The notes beneath the pieces were generated by a model that was given only the letters and a program-made list of their open reading frames with translations, did not search any database and had not been told where the DNA came from. Made by a program: the position numbers and the translations under genes. Below, piece after piece: positions 19,813-28,470 of a DNA stretch of 64,000 nt (the first letter of the stretch is position 1; every line of letters starts with the position of its first letter). Source of the DNA: a virus. Lineage: Duplodnaviria; Caudoviricetes. The DNA is taken from the IMG/VR virus record IMGVR_UViG_3300033074_000711, positions 91,931 to 155,930 of that record. One strand, given 5' to 3'.

Positions 19813-20796
19813 ATGGCAGATTCAATTTACACACTATTTGAAAATGATGATATAGTAACAGATGTTCCAACAAGAGTAACACAGCCATTATGGTATAATG
19901 ATACATTATTTTTAACTGGTTCAGCAATGTTAACATCATCAGCTCAATCAGCATCTAACGGTAAATATTATTATGATGTTTATAATGCATCAACTGGAAG
20001 TCAAGTTGAATTTTCAATTTGTTATGGTCATGTTGCTAATAGTGGAACATTAAATACTGATTTAGATAAACCATCACAAGCTATGTATAATTTATATAGA
20101 AATTTATTGCTAGATACAAACACTTCTAAGTTTTTAGTCGGTAGTAACTATGTTGATGATGTTGTTGTGATATCAGTTAATAGAGCAAACTTAAAACAAC
20201 GTATTGACCCTGGCAATTGGCAATTAACACTAACCAGTGGCAGTGTTGTTAGAACATTAATAGATGATTCATTTGATTCAACAGATTTAGATGCTCAACC
20301 AAATAAAGTATATAATATTATTAGCGGTAGTATTGGTGATACAACAAATGCATTTAGCAAATATTTTGGATTATTTTATCCAGATGCTGGTATTTTTGTT
20401 ATTAGTGGTAATGCATTACGTTCTGGGAGTGCTGATACATCACTAAATATAGAATTTGGTTATAATACTGGTTCAGTTGCTTATTATAATAATCATGGTA
20501 ATTTTTTAAAATATGTAACTAAATTTCAAGGTAGAAGTGAAGAAGTAATTAGTTCTGTTCATTATTATGTTAGAGTAAAAAATAAAAATTATAATTATTC
20601 AACTAATAGTACTTTTATAACTGGTTCTTCTGGTGATTTAAGATATACACAATTTGTAAATGACCCCAAAACTTATATAACCACTGTTGGTTTGTATGAT
20701 GATACAAATACATTATTAGCTATAGCAAAATTATCACAACCAACTAAAAAAGCTTTTAATAGTGAAGCTAATATTGAGGTTAGACTTGATTACTAA
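19813..20796 (+). CDS. virion structural protein
   Basis: IDPGNW, GLFYPDAG, YITTVGLYDD..LLAIAKLSQP. Confidence 0.65.
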   Translation: MADSIYTLFENDDIVTDVPTRVTQPLWYNDTLFLTGSAMLTSSAQSASNGKYYYDVYNASTGSQVEFSICYGHVANSGTLNTDLDKPSQAMYNLYRNLLLDTNTSKFLVGSNYVDDVVVISVNRANLKQRIDPGNWQLTLTSGSVVRTLIDDSFDSTDLDAQPNKVYNIISGSIGDTTNAFSKYFGLFYPDAGIFVISGNALRSGSADTSLNIEFGYNTGSVAYYNNHGNFLKYVTKFQGRSEEVISSVHYYVRVKNKNYNYSTNSTFITGSSGDLRYTQFVNDPKTYITTVGLYDDTNTLLAIAKLSQPTKKAFNSEANIEVRLDY

Positions 20797-21565
20797 TATT
20801 TATAAAAATATTGGAAAATCTGATATAAATTTATACAAATTTAACGCAAAGAAAAATTGGCAGATAACTTCTGCTAGTTTTTCTGATTATAATGTTAAGC
20901 TAAATATTGGTATAAAATCACCGTATTATGAAACATTTGATTTAGGTGATGATATTAATGATGATGGTTCTTATAAAAGATTAATATATGATTCAATTAA
21001 TAAGTTATATTATGATGAAAATTATTATGTAGATGCTGATAAATTTTTATATATTACAAGAAGTTTATCATCAAGATTATTATTATTAGAAATTCCTAAT
21101 AATTTATATGATTTAAAAGTTAACTCATTTAAATTAGTAAGCGGTAGTGTTGAATATGTTGATGATACTTTTTACAATTTAAAAATAAGCGGTTCTAATA
21201 CATGTGTTGGTAATATTTTTTATAACACAGGACATATTGTAATAACAGATGAAACCATTCAAGGTGAAATTTTATCTGGTTTTGATTATATTCAATTTGA
21301 ATCTGATGTTAGGTTAAATCAATTAAGTATAAATATAAATATAGAACCAACTGAATTTAATATAAGTAATGGTGAAAATTATAAAACAGTTTATCAATTA
21401 TATTCTGGTAGTTTATTAAATAGTTTAGATGATTTACCACCATATTTTACAACAATAGGTTTTTATGATGATAATAATACATTATTAGCTGTTACTAAAT
21501 TAGCACAACCGCTAAAGAGACATGATTATTTTTCTACGATGATTAATACTAAATTAATTTTATAA
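20762..21565 (+). CDS. virion structural protein, paralogue of preceding gene (start uncertain)
   Basis: VGNIFYNTG; YFTTIGFYDD..LLAVTKLAQP. Confidence 0.6.
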   Translation: MKLILRLDLITNIYKNIGKSDINLYKFNAKKNWQITSASFSDYNVKLNIGIKSPYYETFDLGDDINDDGSYKRLIYDSINKLYYDENYYVDADKFLYITRSLSSRLLLLEIPNNLYDLKVNSFKLVSGSVEYVDDTFYNLKISGSNTCVGNIFYNTGHIVITDETIQGEILSGFDYIQFESDVRLNQLSININIEPTEFNISNGENYKTVYQLYSGSLLNSLDDLPPYFTTIGFYDDNNTLLAVTKLAQPLKRHDYFSTMINTKLIL

Positions 21566-21566
21566 T

Positions 21567-22058
21567 ATGTCAACTATAAGGTCTAGAAAAAATAAAGGAA
21601 GAATGTTACAAAATAAAGTGCGTGATATTTTACGAGAATCTTATATTAATAAATTAGAAGACGGCGATATAGAATCTAGACCAATGGGATGTAGTGGAAC
21701 TGATATAATTTTATCACCATTAGCTATGAAAATGATTCCATTTGATATTGAATGTAAAAATCAAGAAAAGTTAAACTTATTATCAGCTATAGAACAAGCA
21801 GAAACAAACGCTAAAAGAGATAGAATTTCTATAGTAATATTTAAAAAAAATCGTTCTAAAATATTTTGCTGTTTAAAATTAAATGATTTGGTAAAAATTG
21901 ATTATACATATCAATATATAGATAAAAGTTTAATACGTGAAGTGAAAACATTAGATATATGGAAAAAGTTAGATACTAAAGATTGGTTCGCATTTAAATA
22001 TAATAATTATATGTATATGTGTTTATTGTTTGAACATATTATTAAAAATTTTAAATAA
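21567..22058 (+). CDS. PD-(D/E)XK nuclease, Holliday-junction resolvase-like
   Basis: SRKNKGR.LQ...SRPMG.SG.DI...PFDIECKNQEKLN. Confidence 0.7.
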   Translation: MSTIRSRKNKGRMLQNKVRDILRESYINKLEDGDIESRPMGCSGTDIILSPLAMKMIPFDIECKNQEKLNLLSAIEQAETNAKRDRISIVIFKKNRSKIFCCLKLNDLVKIDYTYQYIDKSLIREVKTLDIWKKLDTKDWFAFKYNNYMYMCLLFEHIIKNFK

Positions 22059-22100
22059 CTATTTATTTTTGCTAATTTTTTTATTATATTTATATTTATA
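22056..22100 (+). promoter_or_regulatory. variant sigma70-like promoter copy abutting late motif
   Basis: taactatttatttt...tatatt followed by tatatttata. Confidence 0.5.
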
Positions 22101-22112
22101 AAATATAACAAC

Positions 22113-22219
22113 AAATTTAAATAACGAGGAAAAAAATGCAAAAAAATAAAAAAGAATTAGAAGCTTTATTAGTTAAAACTAAAAAAGTTAAAAAAATTTT
22201 AGAAAATCAATTGAATGAA
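22113..22219 (+). repeat. RBS+leader cassette, about 105 bp, repeated at about 22914-23019
   Basis: aaatttaaataacgaggaaaaaa-ATG...ttagaagctttattagttaaaactaaaaaagtt...ttgaatgaa shared; similarity ends at the NE codons. Confidence 0.8.
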
Positions 22220-22495
22220 AAATATAATCCTGATGTACTTTCAAAATTAGAATCTAATTATAATCAACTTATAAAGTTAAATCAACAATATAAAAACACA
22301 TTAGATATATTTAATGAATTTGTTAATAACAGCAAAAAGTATGAAAATCAAATTAAAGATGATATAAAAAAATATAAAAGCGGTGGTTTAGAAGATGAGA
22401 TTATAGATATATCAACAAAATTAAAAGATAATGTAAATTTTATGTTATATTATTTAAAAGGAATTAAAAAAATAGCAGAAGACCTTGATTGGTAA
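22136..22495 (+). CDS. long-leader protein (putative internal head protein); paralogue of 62954..63340
   Basis: MQKNKKELEALLVKTKKVKKILENQLNE leader. Confidence 0.65.
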   Translation: MQKNKKELEALLVKTKKVKKILENQLNEKYNPDVLSKLESNYNQLIKLNQQYKNTLDIFNEFVNNSKKYENQIKDDIKKYKSGGLEDEIIDISTKLKDNVNFMLYYLKGIKKIAEDLDW

Positions 22496-22556
22496 AAAAA
22501 TTAATTTAAATATTATTTTTTTTTGTTAATTTATAAAAATAATTAAATATAAGAGC

Positions 22557-22925
22557 ATGTATATGAAATTAAAGAATTTATTAGAATCTGAGGATAAGTA
22601 TAATAAAAATCAAGTCAGAACAGATATAATAAATGCTTTAATAAAAAAATTTAAAACAGAATATGGTATAATTTTATCAAAATATGATATTAATGAGTGG
22701 ACTGATACAGTTTATTTTAAAAATGTAAAAAATGTTTTTAATAATAAAATTTCAGAACCAAGCATTGAATTTGTTTTTGAGTTACATATAGATTTAAGCA
22801 CATGGTATGGTGATTGTTATGTTTCTAGCTTTTATATGAATTTTGAAAAATTTAATTTACCTGGAAAAATAATAATAAACGATGAAATTTTAGAGTATGA
22901 TGTTAAAAAGAAAAAATTTAAATAA
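22557..22925 (+). CDS. short-leader protein (MKLKNLLE)
   Basis: Leader ending in E, unique body. Confidence 0.6.
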   Translation: MYMKLKNLLESEDKYNKNQVRTDIINALIKKFKTEYGIILSKYDINEWTDTVYFKNVKNVFNNKISEPSIEFVFELHIDLSTWYGDCYVSSFYMNFEKFNLPGKIIINDEILEYDVKKKKFK

Positions 22926-22935
22926 CGAGGAAAAA

Positions 22936-23364
22936 ATGGAAAAGAACAAAAAACAATTAGAAGCTTTATTAGTTAAAACTAAAAAAGTTCAAAAGATTTT
23001 AGAGAGTCAGTTGAATGAAGAAGATTTTAACAAAGATAATGAGTTATTAGCAATTAAACTATTAAATAAAGAACTAAAACAATTAGGTTTCCCAACGGTG
23101 AAGGAAAATCATGATTTTTATGATGATTTTAAAGTAAGTTATTTAAAAGATATTTTAAAAATTGGTAATATTTTTAAATATGCTTTTGATGAGTTTGGTT
23201 TTGTTGTGACTAAATCTGTGATGTCTGGGTATAACGGTGTTTATGAGTTTAGCATCGGTACAGAATATAAAAAACCACATTCAGCATTTAGTAATAATGA
23301 TTTTTTCTATAAAATTACAATTTCACTACCAGAAAATAAAGCTACAGTAAAAAAATTAAGATAA
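22936..23364 (+). CDS. long-leader protein
   Basis: MEKNKKQLEALLVKTKKVQKILESQLNE; GAGG RBS places start at 22936. Confidence 0.65.
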   Translation: MEKNKKQLEALLVKTKKVQKILESQLNEEDFNKDNELLAIKLLNKELKQLGFPTVKENHDFYDDFKVSYLKDILKIGNIFKYAFDEFGFVVTKSVMSGYNGVYEFSIGTEYKKPHSAFSNNDFFYKITISLPENKATVKKLR

Positions 23365-23374
23365 AATAATTTTA

Positions 23375-23401
23375 GGCAGTTGAAATACACTGCCAATTTT
23401 T
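23375..23401 (+). terminator. probable intrinsic terminator
   Basis: ggcagt-N8-actgcc hairpin then aattttt. Confidence 0.5.
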
Positions 23402-23438
23402 ATAAAATTGTTACATAAAAAGTTATAACGAGAAAAAA

Positions 23439-24410
23439 ATGCATAAAGAAAGATTAAAATTATTAATCTCACTTGCAATAAATCAATCTGATATTAAAAT
23501 CAAAAACGATGAAATATTAATCTGGTGCCCTATCTGTAATAAATCCAGAAGTAATAAAAAAATTTCATTAAATATTAACCATAACTCAAAAACATTTGGT
23601 AAGTGGCATTGTTGGGTTTGTGAAAATACAAATAATGCTAAAGGCAATACAATACAATCTTTATTTAAATTTTTTAATTCTACTGAAAATTATTATATTC
23701 AATTAAAAATATTATTAGAAGAATTAAATATAACACAAGATTTTAAAACTGAAGAAAATATAGAAGAAGAAAAAGTAATATTTCCAACAAATGAAATAAT
23801 ACCTATAAATAAACCAAATAGTAAATATTTATTTGAAATAACAAATGCTGTAAATTATTTAAATAATAGGGGAATAGATAAAACATTAATAAATGTTTAT
23901 AATATGCATGTTGGTGTTTTAGGTGATTATCAAAATAGAGTTATAATACCATCTTATGATAATAACTATAAAGTTAATTACTTTACAGCAAGAAGTATGT
24001 ATAATACTAAATTAAAATACTTAAATCCAAATGTATCTAAAAATAAAATAATCTTTGAAAATATTTTAAATTTTAATTATCCTATATTATTAGTTGAGGG
24101 AATGTTTGATGCTATAACAGCCAGAAGAAATAGTACGGCTTTAATGGGTAAAACTGTTAATGATAAATTATTTCAAAAAATTAATAATAATAGCACTCCA
24201 GTTATAGTGTGTTTAGATAAAGATGCAAAAAATAATGCTATAAAAATTATTGAAACTTTTTTAGAACATAATATTGAAACATATTATATACAAATGGATA
24301 AAAAAGACCCTAATGAAATTGGGTTTGAAAAATTTATAAAAAATTATTATAATAATAAAGTTAAAGTTAATTTTGATACATTGATTAAAATAAGATTAAA
24401 CTTTTTATAA
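23439..24410 (+). CDS. DNA primase (DnaG-type)
   Basis: CPIC...WHCWVC Zn finger; YLNNRGI, NRVIIP, KYLNP, TOPRIM LVEGMFD and LDKDA, KDPNE. Confidence 0.9.
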   Translation: MHKERLKLLISLAINQSDIKIKNDEILIWCPICNKSRSNKKISLNINHNSKTFGKWHCWVCENTNNAKGNTIQSLFKFFNSTENYYIQLKILLEELNITQDFKTEENIEEEKVIFPTNEIIPINKPNSKYLFEITNAVNYLNNRGIDKTLINVYNMHVGVLGDYQNRVIIPSYDNNYKVNYFTARSMYNTKLKYLNPNVSKNKIIFENILNFNYPILLVEGMFDAITARRNSTALMGKTVNDKLFQKINNNSTPVIVCLDKDAKNNAIKIIETFLEHNIETYYIQMDKKDPNEIGFEKFIKNYYNNKVKVNFDTLIKIRLNFL

Positions 24411-24462
24411 ATTTTTATATTTATAAAATATAACAATAAATTTAAATAGAGGATATCAAAAA

Positions 24463-24810
24463 ATGCAACAGGAAAAAGCACAAAAATTATTAACAAAAGT
24501 TAAAAAGTTAAAAAAACTTTTAGAAAGTAAATTGAAAGAATATTATACTTCACCAATGAGCACAAAAGAATTAATGAAAACTGTATTAAATGATAAAGAA
24601 CTATTAAATAAAGTTATAAAAAATTCTAAACAAATTATTCCAGGTAAAACATATTTATGTATCACAACTGCTGAAGGTAGTGATGAAATAATTGCAACAA
24701 CTATGAGAATCGGGCAAACAGTTAGAAAAGCATATATAGGCTTACATGAACCAGTTACTAAAAATAATGTTGTTAAGGCTATAAAAGGTGATATGCCAGA
24801 AGATTATTAA
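24463..24810 (+). CDS. long-leader protein
   Basis: MQQEKAQKLLTKVKKLKKLLESKLKE; late motif at 24416. Confidence 0.65.
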   Translation: MQQEKAQKLLTKVKKLKKLLESKLKEYYTSPMSTKELMKTVLNDKELLNKVIKNSKQIIPGKTYLCITTAEGSDEIIATTMRIGQTVRKAYIGLHEPVTKNNVVKAIKGDMPEDY

Positions 24811-24833
24811 TAAAATTTAATAAAAATTTTTAT

Positions 24834-24873
24834 ATTTATAATAGATACTATATTTTTAGTATCTATTATAAAT
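24834..24873. repeat. 17-bp perfect inverted repeat overlapping late motif
   Basis: atttataatagatacta-tatttt-tagtatctattataaat. Confidence 0.7.
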
Positions 24874-24896
24874 TAGTTAAAATAGGAGACGTTCCG

Positions 24897-25331
24897 ATGT
24901 TATCAGAAATATTACAAAAATTAATTGATGAAATGTTTTATAATTTATCTAAACCAGAAGTACAAAATTATAAAAGCAAATACACAAAGATATCATTTAT
25001 TAAAGAATTTTGCACAATTAAATTAGGCACACATAGAAGAGCAGGTCATACAACAGCCGCTTGGTCATTAAATTTAAGGCAAAAGTATAATATTTTATAT
25101 GTGATTAAAAATAAAAAAGCATATAAAGATTATATTACAACAAATTCAAATGTTATTGAATTTGTAGATAATTTCGATTTTTATACTAATTTTGAAAATT
25201 TAATAATTTCTAAAAAAATAAATGTTATTATAATAGACCCATCATTTTATTTATCTGATTCAATAACTAAACAAATTATAAATAATTTACCGATAGAACA
25301 CGGAAATATTATTTTAGTTTTATTACAATAA
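24897..25331 (+). CDS. hypothetical protein, degenerate P-loop-like
   Basis: RRAGHTT and VIIID resemble Walker A and B. Confidence 0.5.
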   Translation: MLSEILQKLIDEMFYNLSKPEVQNYKSKYTKISFIKEFCTIKLGTHRRAGHTTAAWSLNLRQKYNILYVIKNKKAYKDYITTNSNVIEFVDNFDFYTNFENLIISKKINVIIIDPSFYLSDSITKQIINNLPIEHGNIILVLLQ

Positions 25332-25347
25332 AATAGGAAAAAGTTAT

Positions 25348-28300
25348 ATGGTTAAAAAAATAGTTCACATATCAGATATTCATATTAGATTAGTTTCAAG
25401 ATTAAAAGAGTATGAATATGTTTTTAACTCGTTATATAATAAACTTCAAGAAATTAAAGATGAATTTATAATAGTTTTAACTGGTGATATATTTCATTCA
25501 AAAACTGAATTATCACCAGAATCAGTCACATTAGCTAAAAATTTATTTATTAGTTTATCTAATATTGCTCCAACATTTATAATACCAGGTAATCATGACG
25601 CTAACTTATTCAATGATAATAGAATGGATTCTATAACACCAATTATAGATACCATAAAATTTTCTAACAATATTTTACCATTAACTTATTATAAAAATTC
25701 TGGTGTATATAATTATAAAAATTTAGATTTTGTTCATTTATCTGTTTTTGATGATGTTGATAAATATTCAGAAATAATTTCAAATTATGAAAAAAATGAA
25801 AATGTTAGCATAATTTTATATCATGGTGTTGTTCAAAATTGCAAATTACCAAATAACATGTTATTAGCCGATGGTTTATCTAATAACATATTAGAACAAG
25901 CTGATTTAGCATTACTTGGTGATATACACTTATTTCAATATATGAATGATAATAAAACTATTGCTTATCCTGGTTCTTTAATATGTCAAAATTACGGTGA
26001 AAAATTAGAACATGGTTTTTTAATATGGGATGTTGAAAATAAAGATAGTGAATTTATAGAAATTTATAATAAATATTCTTATTGTAATGTTTTTGAAAAT
26101 AATTATGATAAAATAAATATTCCAGAAGAAGGTAAAATAAAATTAAACGTTAATAATGATATTGATGATAGTAAACTAAATTCTATTGTTTTTAATATAA
26201 AACAAAAATATCCAAATTTAACTGATTTTACTATAAACAAAATAAATTCAAAAGAGAATACCCAAGTTTTAACTAAAAATGAAATTTTAGATTTGATTGA
26301 TATTAAAGATACTTTTCAAATAATTTTAAAATATATACAAAAAAATAATAAACTTACACAAGATGATATTGATATTTTGAGAAAAATGCACTCAATTTAT
26401 GAAAATTCAATAGTTATTGATGAAAAATATAATCACAAATGGCATCCTATAAAATTTGAATGGAGTAATACATTTTCATATGGTGAAAATAATTGCTTAG
26501 ATTTTAGTAACATTGATAATAACATTATAGGAATTTTTGCACCGAATAGAACTGGTAAAACGTCATTTATTGAATCATTAACATATACGCTTTTTGATAA
26601 AATTAATAAAGATTCTAATTTATCTGGTATTTTAAATGTTGATTCTGATATGTTTAAATGCAGATTAACATTAAATTTAAACGATGAAATTTATTTAATA
26701 GAAAAAATAGTTAAAAGAACTAAAACAGGTGCATCATTAAGTAACTTTAAATTTGAAAAACAAATTGATGGTGTTTTTGAATCATTAAATGATGTTGATA
26801 AAAATGCTACTATAAAATTAATGCGAGAATTAATCGGCACATATGAAAACTTTATTTTAACAGCTTATAACTCACAATTTAAAAATAAAAGTATTATAGA
26901 TATTGGTGATTCTGATAGAAAAACTTTAATAAGTCAATTTATAGGTTTGGATGTTTTTGATAAATATCACGAACTTTGTAAAAATGTTATAAAGGAATTA
27001 AATGCTGTTATAAAATTTAAAAATATAGATAAATTGAACTCAGAATTACAAACAAATGAATTAGATATAGAGCATACTAACAAATGTATTGAAGATATAC
27101 ATAAAAAACTAACAGACTTTGAAGAGAGTATAGAAGAACAACAAAAGCTAATAAATGAATTAGAGTTACAAAAAAATTTAATACAAATAGAAAACATAGA
27201 TATTGATAAAATTAATTCCGAATATTATAGTATTAATAATAAAATAAAAGAATTAAATGATAACAATATAAAATCAAATGAAAAATTAAACTTTTTAGAA
27301 AAATCTATAGAAGATATAAAAATAAATGAAGAAGAAATAGGTATTATAGAAAAGAATTATTTTGAAATATTAAAGTTATCTGATGAAGAAAAAAAACTAT
27401 CAAATGATTTTAATTTATATGAAATTAAAATTAAACAAAAGATTGATAAATCTGACAAACTGTTGGTTTTAGAATATGATGAAAATTGTACATATTGTAT
27501 GAATAATGTTTTTGTTAAAGACGCAATAAATGCCAAATCTGAGATACAAAGAGATTTAGATGAAGCTACTAATTTAAAAAATAAATTAGATGAAATTAAA
27601 AAACTAACTATAAATAAGAATGATATTGAAACTAAATATTTTAGTTTAAATAATAAATTAAAAGAATTAAATAATCTAAAGCAACTAAAAATAAATGTTA
27701 ATAATGAAATTTCTAATAATAATATTAAATTAAATGAATTAAATAATAAATTATTAGAAATCACTAAAAAACAAGAGCAATATGAAAAGAATAAAATTTT
27801 AATACAGGATAAATTTTTATTAGAGCAAGAAATCTACCAAAAAAATAATAAATTAAATATTGATAAATCATCTTACAAAACTTTAAATTCAGATTTACAG
27901 CGTGAAATAGCTAATAAGAGTTATAAAGAAAATCAAATGGATAATTTATTAAAAGAAATAGAAGAATATAATAATACAAAAAAATTAGTAGATTTATATA
28001 ATATTTACTTACAAGCCACACATAGAGATGGTGTTCAATTAGATATTATTTCAAATATTTTACCATATTTGCAAGCCACTATAAATAATATGTTAAAAAA
28101 TGTAGATGAATCACAAGTAATATTAGAATTAGATAAAAATAAAGATATTTCTATATTTATTAATTATGGAGATAAGGTTTGGAGTACTGGATTAATAAGC
28201 GGTATGGAAAAGTTTATGCTTTCATTAGTAACTAGAACAGCACTAATGAAAATTTGTAATATACCACATCCAGATTTTTTAATAATTGATGAAGGCTTTG

Positions 28301-28470
28301 GTGTTTTAGATGCTGATAACTTTGGTAATATTAAAACATTGATGGAATATTTAAAAACTGAATTTAAGTTTATTATGTTGGTTTCTCACATTGCACAAGT
28401 TAAAGAAATGGCTGATGTTGTAATTAATATTGATAAAATAGATAATAGAAGTAAATTATATTATGCTTGA
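25348..28470 (+). CDS. fused SbcD(Mre11)-SbcC(Rad50) recombination nuclease (gp47/gp46-like)
   Basis: DIH, GDIFH, GNHD, LGDIH, YPGS; then APNRTGKT, coiled coil, CTYC zinc hook, SGMEK, IIDEGFGVLD, VSH. Confidence 0.9.
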   Translation: MVKKIVHISDIHIRLVSRLKEYEYVFNSLYNKLQEIKDEFIIVLTGDIFHSKTELSPESVTLAKNLFISLSNIAPTFIIPGNHDANLFNDNRMDSITPIIDTIKFSNNILPLTYYKNSGVYNYKNLDFVHLSVFDDVDKYSEIISNYEKNENVSIILYHGVVQNCKLPNNMLLADGLSNNILEQADLALLGDIHLFQYMNDNKTIAYPGSLICQNYGEKLEHGFLIWDVENKDSEFIEIYNKYSYCNVFENNYDKINIPEEGKIKLNVNNDIDDSKLNSIVFNIKQKYPNLTDFTINKINSKENTQVLTKNEILDLIDIKDTFQIILKYIQKNNKLTQDDIDILRKMHSIYENSIVIDEKYNHKWHPIKFEWSNTFSYGENNCLDFSNIDNNIIGIFAPNRTGKTSFIESLTYTLFDKINKDSNLSGILNVDSDMFKCRLTLNLNDEIYLIEKIVKRTKTGASLSNFKFEKQIDGVFESLNDVDKNATIKLMRELIGTYENFILTAYNSQFKNKSIIDIGDSDRKTLISQFIGLDVFDKYHELCKNVIKELNAVIKFKNIDKLNSELQTNELDIEHTNKCIEDIHKKLTDFEESIEEQQKLINELELQKNLIQIENIDIDKINSEYYSINNKIKELNDNNIKSNEKLNFLEKSIEDIKINEEEIGIIEKNYFEILKLSDEEKKLSNDFNLYEIKIKQKIDKSDKLLVLEYDENCTYCMNNVFVKDAINAKSEIQRDLDEATNLKNKLDEIKKLTINKNDIETKYFSLNNKLKELNNLKQLKINVNNEISNNNIKLNELNNKLLEITKKQEQYEKNKILIQDKFLLEQEIYQKNNKLNIDKSSYKTLNSDLQREIANKSYKENQMDNLLKEIEEYNNTKKLVDLYNIYLQATHRDGVQLDIISNILPYLQATINNMLKNVDESQVILELDKNKDISIFINYGDKVWSTGLISGMEKFMLSLVTRTALMKICNIPHPDFLIIDEGFGVLDADNFGNIKTLMEYLKTEFKFIMLVSHIAQVKEMADVVINIDKIDNRSKLYYA

